A stretch of DNA of 64,000 bases from Terriglobia bacterium (GTDB lineage Bacteria; Acidobacteriota; Terriglobia; 2-12-FULL-54-10). Below the pieces are notes generated by a model. That model ran no database searches. It worked only from the letters and a program-made list of their open reading frames with translations, and had not been told where the DNA came from. The stretch spans positions 192,001-256,000 of the forward strand of contig CAXVYR010000002.1 of assembly GCA_963666975.2 (NCBI GenBank), in the 5' to 3' direction. The number at the start of each line of letters is the position of its first letter. Within the stretch, counting starts at the first letter, position 1. A program made the position numbers and the translations under genes. Shown piece by piece: positions 10,065 to 19,748 of the stretch.

Positions 10065-13000
10065 ATGCCAGCAAGACACCAAGGCGCGGTTCAACTAGAA
10101 AGGCAAGGCTCGGCTCTTGCTGCTTTGATTCCGGCAGTTCTGATTCTGGCCGCGCTGCTATTCTTGCCGGGGACAGGAGAAGCGGCGCAAACCTCTCCGG
10201 CCACAGTGCATGGCACGGTGCAGGATCAGGCGGGAGCTCCCGTCCCGGGCGCGACGGTGACGGTGAAAAATCTGGAGACGGGACAGAGCCGCACGGTCAG
10301 CAGCGACGCGGAGGGGCAGTTTGAAATTCTGCAGCTAGCGCCCGGCGCCTACGAGGTCCAGGCCTCGAAATCCGGCTTTAGCGCCAAAACGCAGGGGGAT
10401 TTGCAACTGGCGGCGGGCCAGTCAGCGACCCTGGACCTCGTTTTGGAACCAAGTCCTGAAGCACCCTCCGGTGCCACCGCCAACCTGATCCGTGAGGAGC
10501 AACTGATCGGGCTTCCCCTGAACGGCCGCAGTTACAGCCAACTGGCGACCCTGCAGGCCGGTGTTGCCGATCCTGTGGGCAGTTCAGCAGCCCAGGGAGG
10601 CGGCAGCGGCAGCCTAACCGTGGCCGGAGGACGGTCCTCCGCAAATAATTTCTTGCTCGACGGGACGAACGTCATGGATACCAGCAATCGCGTCCCGCTG
10701 AGCGCGGCGGGCGTGCAACTGGGTGCGGATGCGGTGTTGCAGATTCATGTTTTCAGCCCGCAATACGGGGCCGAGTACGGCCGGGGCAGCGGAGGGGTTT
10801 TGAACTCGGTCACTCGTTCCGGAACGAATGAGTTCCACGGCGCTTTTTTCGAGTACTTTCGGAACAGCAATCTGGACGCCCGCAACTTTTTTAACCCCGG
10901 CCCGGAGCCTCTTCCTTTCAAGCGCAACCAGTTCGGATTCACACTCTCTGGTCCCCTGCGGAGAGAGAAGACCTATGTTATGGGCAACTTTGAAGGAATG
11001 CGCAACCGGAAGACTGAGCCTCAAATCGACTTCTTTCCAGACGAGCAGGCGCGGCAAGGCATGATTACCGGCTCATCTGGAGAAGTATTACGAATCATTC
11101 CCGTGCACCCGAGCGTCCGACCCTACCTGAGCCTGTTTCCAATACCGAACGACCTGCGGTTGGGAGGAGGAGTGGGGCGCAACGTGGCTTCTCAATTCCT
11201 ACCTACCCATGAAAATTTTTTTACCGTTCGCCTGGATCACTCGATTTCGGAGCGGGACAGTTTCTTTGCCCGCTATACTTTTGACGACGCTACCAGCACC
11301 AGTCCCCAGCGCGTCTTTCTCTGGAGAACCGAGACCCTAAGCCGCCAGCAGTATCTGACCTTAAACGCCACTCATATTTTCAACCCCAGCCTTTTGACGT
11401 CGTTCCGCTTTGGCTACACCCGGCCAACGAATGCCGTAGATACTCTTTCCTCAATTGAGATCCCCCGGTCATTGTTCTTTGTTTCCGGCGCTCCCCAGTT
11501 CGGGCAGATCTCCATTCCAGGCCTGGATTCTTTCGGCCCTCTTTTCGTCACACCGGAAGCCAATATTATGAACAGCTTTCAATTTGCAGATGATGTGGTG
11601 GTCCAGCGGGGAGCCCACGCGCTGAAGTTCGGATTCGAGGTGCATCGTTATCGCTGGGATGTGTTCAACGGTTTCCGAAAGGGAGCTGTATGGTCTTTCA
11701 ACAGCTTGGAGAGCTTTCTCCAGGGAGGGCCGAAGGGAACCAACCTGGATGTTGCTTTGCCGGGCTCGGACAACCGAAAGGCTTTTCGCCAGACCCTGGC
11801 GGGTTTCTACGTCCAGGATGCCTATACGGTCAATTCCCGCTTCCAGCTTAACCTGGGCCTCCGGTATGAATTTGCTACGATCATCCGCGACAGGGATGGC
11901 AAAACCTCCTTCCTTCCCGACCCTGTGCACGACTCCGTGTTGCAGATTGGGCCCATACTGAATGACAACCCTTCCCTGCGCAGTCTGGCTCCTCGCCTGG
12001 GCATTAGCTGGTCTCCTCGGAGCAGCCCGAATACCGCGCTGCGGGCCGGCTTTGGCATTTACTACGATCAATTGCTCGAATATGTGGTGGACCTGCAAAA
12101 AAATTCGGCTCCTTTTTACAAAAGAGCCGTAAGGGTCAACTTTGATTCCTCCACGACTTTTCCCGATGCTGCGGCGGCAGCCGCGGGAATAACTTCCCAG
12201 GCCGAAATCCTGGATTACCGGCACATGACGACCCCCATCGTGTTGCGTTACAACTTCGCTCTCCAACAGGAGCTTGCCGGTGGATGGCTTCTCCAGGCGT
12301 CTTATGTGGGGGCCAAGGGCAACCATTTGTTTCGCGGCTACGAAGCAAACTTGTATCCTGATCCTGTTGTCCAGGCCGACGGCTCGCTCTTCTTTCCTCC
12401 GAATTCCGGTCCGATTAATCCTGCCTTCGGAGCGATTGCCATCACCAGCAGCGACGCGCAATCCTTTTATAACTCTTTGCAGCTTTCCGCCAACAGGAGC
12501 CTCAGCGAGGGAATTTCCTTGCGGGCCAGCTATACGTACAGCAAGTCCGTGGATGACGCCTCCACTTCCTTCACCGGAACCAGCGCTGGTGCTGCCCGCC
12601 AGTATCCGCTCATGCGGACTCTCGACCGGGGCCTCTCGGATTTTGACATCCGTCACCGTCTGGTGATCAACTACTTTTATACTCTCCCCGTAGGTTCCGG
12701 ACAGCGCTGGTGGAAATCCGGCATCCTTGCGCACGTTTTGGGAGGCTGGCGGCTGGGAGGAATTGTCCGGTTTCGCAGCGGGACCCCTTTCCACCCAAGC
12801 GTAAATTTCCGGACCCCGGGTTTCCTGTTTTCGGCGAACCGGCCTAATTTGCTTCCAGGCCGAAGCAACAACCCCATTCTGGGAGGCCCGGAACGATATT
12901 TCGACCCTTCCGTGTATAGCGTCCCTCCGCCGGGAACACTCGGGAATGCCGGACGTAACACCATCATTGGACCCAGCGTCTTTAATCTGGATGTTTCTCT

Positions 13001-13205
13001 CCAGAAAGAATTTCTTTTGGATGCCAAACGAAAGATTCAATTTCGGGCGGAATTCTTCAATCTGCCGAACCATCCAAATTTCGCTGTTCCCAGAAGAGGT
13101 TCCACCGATGTCTCCTCGGGGGCCGCCAGCCCCACGGCGGGCAGGATTACAAGCACTGTCACACCTCCCCGGCAGATTCAATTTGCCTTGCGGCTCTCAT
13201 TCTAG
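10065..13205 (+). CDS. TonB-dependent receptor with carboxypeptidase-regulatory-like N-domain (start uncertain)
   Basis: GTVQDQAGAPVPGATVTV, LPLNGRSY, TRSGTNEFHG, RQIQFALRLSF with terminal Phe. Confidence 0.92.
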   Translation: MPARHQGAVQLERQGSALAALIPAVLILAALLFLPGTGEAAQTSPATVHGTVQDQAGAPVPGATVTVKNLETGQSRTVSSDAEGQFEILQLAPGAYEVQASKSGFSAKTQGDLQLAAGQSATLDLVLEPSPEAPSGATANLIREEQLIGLPLNGRSYSQLATLQAGVADPVGSSAAQGGGSGSLTVAGGRSSANNFLLDGTNVMDTSNRVPLSAAGVQLGADAVLQIHVFSPQYGAEYGRGSGGVLNSVTRSGTNEFHGAFFEYFRNSNLDARNFFNPGPEPLPFKRNQFGFTLSGPLRREKTYVMGNFEGMRNRKTEPQIDFFPDEQARQGMITGSSGEVLRIIPVHPSVRPYLSLFPIPNDLRLGGGVGRNVASQFLPTHENFFTVRLDHSISERDSFFARYTFDDATSTSPQRVFLWRTETLSRQQYLTLNATHIFNPSLLTSFRFGYTRPTNAVDTLSSIEIPRSLFFVSGAPQFGQISIPGLDSFGPLFVTPEANIMNSFQFADDVVVQRGAHALKFGFEVHRYRWDVFNGFRKGAVWSFNSLESFLQGGPKGTNLDVALPGSDNRKAFRQTLAGFYVQDAYTVNSRFQLNLGLRYEFATIIRDRDGKTSFLPDPVHDSVLQIGPILNDNPSLRSLAPRLGISWSPRSSPNTALRAGFGIYYDQLLEYVVDLQKNSAPFYKRAVRVNFDSSTTFPDAAAAAAGITSQAEILDYRHMTTPIVLRYNFALQQELAGGWLLQASYVGAKGNHLFRGYEANLYPDPVVQADGSLFFPPNSGPINPAFGAIAITSSDAQSFYNSLQLSANRSLSEGISLRASYTYSKSVDDASTSFTGTSAGAARQYPLMRTLDRGLSDFDIRHRLVINYFYTLPVGSGQRWWKSGILAHVLGGWRLGGIVRFRSGTPFHPSVNFRTPGFLFSANRPNLLPGRSNNPILGGPERYFDPSVYSVPPPGTLGNAGRNTIIGPSVFNLDVSLQKEFLLDAKRKIQFRAEFFNLPNHPNFAVPRRGSTDVSSGAASPTAGRITSTVTPPRQIQFALRLSF

Positions 13206-13218
13206 CGGGGCGCGTCTC

Positions 13219-15372
13219 TTACCCCACCTCTACCAGGCCGTAGCGGCGGTTCCAGTTTTCCCGGATGTAGTTTGTCAACCGGGCCAATTCCTGGCGCCCG
13301 CCGCGTTCGACAAAGTCGCCGGCCAGGCGGCGGGCCCACTCCAGGATTTCCCGGTCGCGAAGCAGGTTGGCTATGCGTAAGGCGGGCAGGCCGGACTGCC
13401 GTGTGCCGAGAAACTCGCCCGGCCCGCGCAGGCGCAGGTCCAGTTCGGCGATTTCAAAACCGTCGTTGCTAGCCTCCAGAGCGGCCAAGCGCTGCCGCGC
13501 CACCTCGGTTTGCTGCCGCGAGGTCAGCAACAGGCAGTGGGATTGTCTTTTCCCGCGCCCCACTCGCCCTCGCAACTGGTGCAGTTGCGCCAGCCCGAAG
13601 CGTTCGGCCTGCTCGACCACCATGACGGTGGCGTTAGGCACATCGATTCCCACTTCGATCACCGTGGTGCCGACCAGAATCTGGATTTCTCCGGATTGAA
13701 AGCCCTGCATCGTCCGCTCTTTTTCCTCTGACGGAAGGCGGCCATGCAGAAGCCCTACTTTGAATTCCGGAAAAGTTTTCTTGGACAACAATTCATACAT
13801 TCGCAGCGCCGACTTTAAGTCCACTCCACCGGCGGGCTTTTTTTTGCCGGAGGCGGGTTTCTCGGAAGGGACGGATTCTTCAATCAGCGGATAGACGATA
13901 AAAGCCTGGGCGCCGGAAGACACCTGAGAGCGCACAAACTCGTAGGCTTTTGGGGCTGCCTCGTCGGGGATTTGGCGAGTGAGCACGGGAAGGCGGCCCG
14001 CAGGCATCTCGTCGATCACCGAAACGTCCAGGTCTCCATAGATCGTCAAGGCCAGCGTGCGGGGAATCGGCGTAGCCGTCATCACTAGAGTATCCGGTGT
14101 GCGGCCCTTTTGCATCAGGCGAAGGCGTTGCATCACCCCGAAGCGGTGCTGCTCGTCGATGATGGTCAGGCCCAGCGCCGGCAACTCCACGTCCTGTTCC
14201 ACCAGGGCGTGCGTTCCGATAGCCATCTGCACCGCGCCTTCCCGCAGCAGTTTCTTCAGAACTTTTTTTTCGCGGGCGGTGGCGCTGCCGCTGAGCAGCA
14301 AGACCTGGTAACCGGAGGGGCCCAGGAGCCGGCGGAAATAAAAAAAGTGCTGAGTGGCCAGAACCTCGGTAGGAGCCATCAGCACGACCTGGCATCCGTT
14401 CTCTATGGCGATCAGGGCGGCCTGCAAGGCCACGATGGTTTTGCCGCTGCCGACGTCCCCTTGCAGCAGCCGGTGCATCGGCCGGGGCGCGCGCATGTCC
14501 GCAACGATTTCCGCCAAAGCTTTCTTTTGTGCGGCCGTGGGGTGAAACGGCAGCACCTTTTTCAGGCACTCTCGGATTCTTGGGTCGGTGCGGAACGAAA
14601 TGCCGGGCACTCCCCGGGCCCGCTCGCGCTTGAGCGCCAGCCCGATCTCCAGAAAGAAAAACTCTTCGAAGATCAGACGAAGTTGCGCGGCGCTGCGAAA
14701 CTCCCCGAACTCCGAGAGACGGCTTCCGGGGGGAGGGAAATGGATATTGCGGATCGCCTCCCAGCGGGGAATCAAGCGGTACTGCTCGGCAACCGCCAGC
14801 GGGAGGGGGTCTTCCACTCCGGAGAGCGACTCCAGGAGAAAATGGATGACCCGCCGGAAGAAACGCGAGGTGAGACGGCCGTTGCCAGCCGCCTCATAGA
14901 TGGGAACGATGCGGCCCACCTCCAGCGACTTGCCGCCGGAGCCGAGGGCTTCCGGTTCGCTTAAAATTTCATACTGCGGCTGCATCATCTGCAGGCCGCC
15001 CTCGTAAAAATCCACCTCCACCTTGCCGTGGAGCGCCAGATACTGGCCGGGTTGAATCAGGCGCTGGAGGTAGGCGGCGTTGAACCATTTGCAGTTCAGC
15101 CGGTGGGGTCCCTGGCCAACCTCGGCTTGAAAAATCTTCCATTTTTTCCGGCGCAGGCGCAGCATCCCGGCCCGCGCCACCGGGGCAATCACCGTAGCCG
15201 TCTCTCCCGGGCGCACCTCAGCCGGCCCGCGCAGGACCGTGCGGTCTTCGTACCGGAAGGGGACGTAATACAGCAGGTCTTCGGCGGTGAAGATTCCCTT
15301 GTTGTGCAGAATCTGGGCTCTTTCCGCCCCCACTCCCTTGATGAATTGAACCGGAGTAGACAGTGTGATCAT
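13219..15372 (-). CDS. recG: ATP-dependent DNA helicase RecG
   Basis: QGDVGSGKT, DEQHRFG, MTATPIPRTL, QLRGRVGRG, RGPGEFLGTRQSG. Confidence 0.98.
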   Translation of the reverse strand: MITLSTPVQFIKGVGAERAQILHNKGIFTAEDLLYYVPFRYEDRTVLRGPAEVRPGETATVIAPVARAGMLRLRRKKWKIFQAEVGQGPHRLNCKWFNAAYLQRLIQPGQYLALHGKVEVDFYEGGLQMMQPQYEILSEPEALGSGGKSLEVGRIVPIYEAAGNGRLTSRFFRRVIHFLLESLSGVEDPLPLAVAEQYRLIPRWEAIRNIHFPPPGSRLSEFGEFRSAAQLRLIFEEFFFLEIGLALKRERARGVPGISFRTDPRIRECLKKVLPFHPTAAQKKALAEIVADMRAPRPMHRLLQGDVGSGKTIVALQAALIAIENGCQVVLMAPTEVLATQHFFYFRRLLGPSGYQVLLLSGSATAREKKVLKKLLREGAVQMAIGTHALVEQDVELPALGLTIIDEQHRFGVMQRLRLMQKGRTPDTLVMTATPIPRTLALTIYGDLDVSVIDEMPAGRLPVLTRQIPDEAAPKAYEFVRSQVSSGAQAFIVYPLIEESVPSEKPASGKKKPAGGVDLKSALRMYELLSKKTFPEFKVGLLHGRLPSEEKERTMQGFQSGEIQILVGTTVIEVGIDVPNATVMVVEQAERFGLAQLHQLRGRVGRGKRQSHCLLLTSRQQTEVARQRLAALEASNDGFEIAELDLRLRGPGEFLGTRQSGLPALRIANLLRDREILEWARRLAGDFVERGGRQELARLTNYIRENWNRRYGLVEVG

Positions 15373-15467
15373 CGGGTGGAATATAGCATGAGGAGAGCGG
15401 GAGAAAACCTCCCGGAAGCTTTTTTGCCTGCCAGCCGGACCAGTTTTTCCTGTGTTAAAATGCCCGC

Positions 15468-15776
15468 ATGCCGGATGTGATCTTTTCCTGTTTCAATTGT
15501 GGACGGAGCATCCAGGTGCTTGCCGGCCTGAAGGTCCTGAAGAGGGATACCTGCGCCGATTGCGACGCCGACCTGCACTGTTGCAAAAACTGCCGCTTTT
15601 TTGATCCTTCCGTGCACAACGAGTGCCGCGAGACCCAGGCAGAGTGGGTGCGATCCAAGGACAAAGCAAACTACTGCGATTACTTCGAAGCCAGCACGCG
15701 CATGGACCTCACACGAAAGTCGGGCGTCTCCTCTGACGACGTCCGCAAAAAGTGGGACTCGCTCTTTAATAAATAA
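15468..15776 (+). CDS. small Cys-rich, probably zinc-binding hypothetical protein
   Basis: CFNC, CADC, HCCKNCRFFD, ANYCDYF; divergent from recG. Confidence 0.75.
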   Translation: MPDVIFSCFNCGRSIQVLAGLKVLKRDTCADCDADLHCCKNCRFFDPSVHNECRETQAEWVRSKDKANYCDYFEASTRMDLTRKSGVSSDDVRKKWDSLFNK

Positions 15777-15835
15777 CGGGCTGAAGGATAAGTTTCGAGC
15801 GGGTCGTGCTCGCCGGAGGGGCGGTTTTTCCGGGC

Positions 15836-17308
15836 CTACTCCTGTTCGCGCCGCATGGCAATCTCCACGGACCGGACGATTCGGTCTACAATCTGCGGCA
15901 GCATCTCTTCCAGCGACTTCCGGACAAGTTGTTCGATGGTTGCGGAATCCATGCTCCGGACGATGCGATCTGTAATCTGCGGCATCATCTCTTCGAGCGA
16001 TTCCCGCATGTGCTGCTCGATCACTGCCGGGTCCGCAGCCGTGGCTGCCGGTTCGGCCTCTTTCGGGGGCGGGCTGGATACAAAAACAGGGTCCAGCAGC
16101 AGAGTGTCCTCTTCGATAGCAGCTTCCACTTCCGGGATAACCGGGTGGGAGTTTACTTGCTCGGCGGAATCGGTTTTTTCTTCGGCTGGCGGGGCATCCG
16201 GCAGCGGGTTGGAAACAGGAAGCAACTCCGTTGCAACCTCTGCCGAATCGGCTGGCTCGGGCTGATCGCCAGGCAAACCGGCCGGCGTAATTTCCGTTTC
16301 CTCTGCTTTCACTTCCGCCGTCTCCCCTGTTTTTGCTAACTGCTCCCAATCCGTTGGTGGCGGTGGCTCAAACAGTTTTTCATCCTCCTCCGTCGCTGCG
16401 ACCGGCTCCGCTTTCCACACGAGATCTCCGGGCGTCTGCAACTCCGGCGAGTGGCTTTCGGGGATGAACTCCTTCTGCGATGCAGGCTCTTCCATCTCTT
16501 GCAGTTGAATAGAGCCGGAGTCGGATTCGGAGCCAGTGTCAGAGAGGGAGGCTGTCTCTACTGGGATTTCTGCTGTGGTTGGCTCCTGCTCGACAGGTGT
16601 CTCCTCGAACGCAATGGCGCTCTCGTCGACTACAGAGGGAACCGTTTCCGGCTCAATCGAAAAAGCCTCTGGAGAAGGTGCCGCTTCCAATTTCTCTTCC
16701 ATCACCGGCGTTTCCGGGGACAGGTTTGCCTCCGGGCCGGCTTCACCGCTGCTTTCCAGCAGATCGCCAAAGACACTGAGTGGTTGTGTGCCTAATTCGT
16801 CCGGAATCTCCAATTGCTCTTTGGCGGAGGTCCACATGCGTTCGACCTCCGGTGAAGACATATTTTCTTCGTAGGCTTCTTCCTCCGGGGGCTCTTCGAC
16901 GCTGGCTGGTTCCGGCGGAGCGGGGGGAGGAGGCGGCTTTTGAACCGCAGCCAGCAGTCGTTGAACCGTTTCGACAAGGGAGGAAGACTCCAGCGGCTTT
17001 GTGAGCACTGCGTCAGCACGGACTTTGCGACCCTCTACCTCATCGTAGGGCTCCATCTTGCCGATAATGAGCACCACCGGGACGTGCTGCAGGTCCGGGT
17101 CGGATTTAACTAACTGGCAAAGCTCGTACCCATTTCTGCCGGGCATGAAAACGTCAGCCAGGACCAGGTCCGGGGCAAACTGTTTCAGTATCTTCGCGGC
17201 GGCTTGCCCATTGCTGACCGTGGATACCTCAAAGCCTTCGGCGGAAAGGATTTCTTTTCCCATCCGCTGTGCAATGGAGCTGTCATCTGCCAGGAGTATT
17301 TTTCCCAA
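15836..17308 (-). CDS. response regulator, RomR-like (receiver, acidic Pro/Glu linker, helical C-terminus)
   Basis: ILLADDS, DVFMPGRNG, TKP receiver motifs; long E/P-rich linker; duplicated C-terminal helix motif. Confidence 0.85.
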   Translation of the reverse strand: MGKILLADDSSIAQRMGKEILSAEGFEVSTVSNGQAAAKILKQFAPDLVLADVFMPGRNGYELCQLVKSDPDLQHVPVVLIIGKMEPYDEVEGRKVRADAVLTKPLESSSLVETVQRLLAAVQKPPPPPAPPEPASVEEPPEEEAYEENMSSPEVERMWTSAKEQLEIPDELGTQPLSVFGDLLESSGEAGPEANLSPETPVMEEKLEAAPSPEAFSIEPETVPSVVDESAIAFEETPVEQEPTTAEIPVETASLSDTGSESDSGSIQLQEMEEPASQKEFIPESHSPELQTPGDLVWKAEPVAATEEDEKLFEPPPPTDWEQLAKTGETAEVKAEETEITPAGLPGDQPEPADSAEVATELLPVSNPLPDAPPAEEKTDSAEQVNSHPVIPEVEAAIEEDTLLLDPVFVSSPPPKEAEPAATAADPAVIEQHMRESLEEMMPQITDRIVRSMDSATIEQLVRKSLEEMLPQIVDRIVRSVEIAMRREQE

Positions 17309-17587
17309 CCCGGATTCCTTTCCCTTGAAAGCGATACTGACTTTTTACCACCCCCGCTAGGGCGAGTCAAGCAAACTGTCCAAGTCGAGGAACGGGGGCG
17401 CGGCTGCCGAAGGCGGGAATCAACGGCCAGGCAGACATTCCTGAAAAAGATTTAAAGGGCAAGAGAGTAGGGAACTGAACGTCGCAGGGATGAAGGCGGA
17501 TTGGAAACTGCGGATCAGAGGAAATTCCCTCCGGCACGGAGAAGCGCTCTGGCCGGAAACCGGGTTCCTTTTCAGCTTCAACTTCTT

Positions 17588-18658
17588 CTATGGGGTGTCG
17601 GTCGGATTTCCGGTGGAACCCTCTGTCCCTACCGGTTCCAGGAAGATTGCCGTGGTGGAACCGCTCGATGAGGGCCTGCCGGCGGCAGCTTCCGGTTGCG
17701 CAGGTCCCTGCGCAGTCATGGTGGGAGGGCCGGTCTTTCCCTGGGCGGCGCTCACATCGGGATGACGCCGGAACACTCCCATCATTCTACCCCACACCCC
17801 AACGCTGCCCGCATGAGTGTTTTCGTAGGTCATGCGAGCCACCGCTGCCGGGTCGGGTTCGGGAATGGGAGCTTCCATGGCAGCCAGGCGTTTCTTGGCA
17901 TCCTCTACGCGCGGGCTGAGGGGATAATCTCGCACGATGCGGGCGTAGTAATTTGCCGCTTTGGCGGCGGCTTCATCGCCGGATCGTTCCAGCGAGCTTC
18001 CCAACAGGTACAGGGTTTGGTCGGTCCGGCTGAAGTTTGGATAGCGCTCGATCAACTCCTCCAAGCGAGGCTGGGCGGCCTGGTCCGCGCCTTGCAGATG
18101 GTAGAACCGGCAAATATCAAAGGCGCCTTGGGCCAGCACTTCCTGAACCTCCCGCAGCCGCTGCATGGCAAGCGGAACAAAGGGGCCGTCCGGATAGGTG
18201 AGCAATAATTTCTGGAATTCCTGCTCGGCTCTGCGGGCTCGCGAGGGGTCGCGGTCGGGTTTTTCCATCGCCCGGTAGTGAATCATAGACACCCGCATCT
18301 GGGCCTCGCCCGCCTCCGGCATGGTGGGGAAGAACGTGATGAAATCACGGTACTCGGCTTCGGCCTGCAACAAGTTGCTGGTGCCGCCCTGGCGATACCA
18401 GGAATCTGCGATGCCCAGTTTGGCCTTGGCTAGATATTCGCTATCCGGATAGGTATTGATCAGCGTTTGGAAGGTCAGGCGTGCGACGGTATAACGGGAG
18501 TGCTCCATATCGTCCACTGCGTGGTCGAACAGTTCCTTGTCGGGCTGCTGCGAATCAGTGATGATAGGGTTATCAATGGGGTTCCGCCGGAGCGAGCATC
18601 CGGAAACAACGGACAACCCGATTGCCAATAGAAGCACCCATCCCGCTTTCGATCTCAT
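17588..18658 (-). CDS. bamD: outer membrane protein assembly factor BamD
   Basis: Lipobox VSGC, TPR repeats, PDRDPSRA, YP.S motifs. Confidence 0.88.
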   Translation of the reverse strand: MRSKAGWVLLLAIGLSVVSGCSLRRNPIDNPIITDSQQPDKELFDHAVDDMEHSRYTVARLTFQTLINTYPDSEYLAKAKLGIADSWYRQGGTSNLLQAEAEYRDFITFFPTMPEAGEAQMRVSMIHYRAMEKPDRDPSRARRAEQEFQKLLLTYPDGPFVPLAMQRLREVQEVLAQGAFDICRFYHLQGADQAAQPRLEELIERYPNFSRTDQTLYLLGSSLERSGDEAAAKAANYYARIVRDYPLSPRVEDAKKRLAAMEAPIPEPDPAAVARMTYENTHAGSVGVWGRMMGVFRRHPDVSAAQGKTGPPTMTAQGPAQPEAAAGRPSSSGSTTAIFLEPVGTEGSTGNPTDTP

Positions 18659-18721
18659 CTAAAACCCTCCGAAAACTACCGGCCACATCCGTGTCCCCGC
18701 CTTCGGAAACTCTGCCGGAGC

Positions 18722-19396
18722 TCAAATTCGGCTCAAGGTTGCCTCGTTGCTTGCCTTGCGCATCTTTTCCACTGCTTGGCGCGGGTCGCTGCTGTGAAAA
18801 ACGCTTGACCCGGCGACAATCCATTCCGCTCCGGCCCTCACCGCTTCTCCCACGTTCTCCAAATTCAAACCCCCGTCGACCTCAATCCGAAAAGCCAAAT
18901 TATTCTCCCGCCGCACGCGGTCCAGTTGCCGGACTTTCCCTAAAGTATAAGGGATAAACTTCTGTCCCCCAAAGCCCGGATTGACCGTCATCACCAGCAC
19001 AAAGTCCACAATTTCCAGAACCGCCGTGAGGGTTTCAACCGGCGTGGCCGGGTTGATCGCCACGCCCGCCTCCGCGCCGCTCGACCGGATCAGATTCAAG
19101 CTGCGGTCCAGATGCGTGGTAGTTTCCTGATGAACCGACAGCAGATCGGCGCCAGCCTGGACGAATTCGGGTATGTATCCATCCGGCTCCTCGATCATCA
19201 AATGAACGTCCAGCAGAAGGTCCGTGGCGCGGCGAATGGAACTGACTACGGGCGGACCAATGGTGATGTTGGGCACGAAATGGCCATCCATCACATCCAC
19301 GTGGATGCGAGTAGCCCCACCGGCCTTAACGGATTCCATCGCTTCAGCCAAGCGCGCCATATCGGCTGATAATATGGACGGGATAATTTCAACCAT
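18722..19396 (-). CDS. rpe: ribulose-phosphate 3-epimerase
   Basis: PSILSAD, HVDVMDGHFVPN, MTVNPGFGGQKF, EVDGG. Confidence 0.97.
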   Translation of the reverse strand: MVEIIPSILSADMARLAEAMESVKAGGATRIHVDVMDGHFVPNITIGPPVVSSIRRATDLLLDVHLMIEEPDGYIPEFVQAGADLLSVHQETTTHLDRSLNLIRSSGAEAGVAINPATPVETLTAVLEIVDFVLVMTVNPGFGGQKFIPYTLGKVRQLDRVRRENNLAFRIEVDGGLNLENVGEAVRAGAEWIVAGSSVFHSSDPRQAVEKMRKASNEATLSRI

Positions 19397-19567
19397 GTCG
19401 TGGCATTCCTGAAAGTTGGGTCATTCCTGCATAGGGTTGTGAAGCAATATTTTAGCACAGGTCAGGGAATCTTCCATCGGAGAGTGCAGTTTCTTGCCCC
19501 AAGATGGGCCGGACTCGCCGCAACGGGCCCTCTGCGTCGGGCCGCTGCCGGTGAATGGTAGAATGGC

Positions 19568-19680
19568 AACGCAGTTGAGTAACGCAGTTGAGTAACGAAG
19601 TTGAGTAGCGAGGTTGAGTAATGCAGTTGGGCAACGTAGTTTAGCAAAGAAGTTAAGTAATGAGGTTGAGTAACGAAGTC
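19568..19680. repeat. intergenic 13-bp degenerate tandem repeat, about 8.7 copies (consensus aacgcagttgagt)
   Basis: Units read directly from sequence at a fixed 13-bp period. Confidence 0.9.
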
Positions 19681-19748
19681 CGGTGAAGAATCAGGCAGGT
19701 GCGCATGGTTTCCTGGCCACAGCAGTTTGGTCAGTCCTCTTGATAAAG

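Noticed and set aside
19568-19680. Possible CRISPR array
   Set aside because: Units are 13 bp, contiguous and without unique spacers; no cas genes in the window
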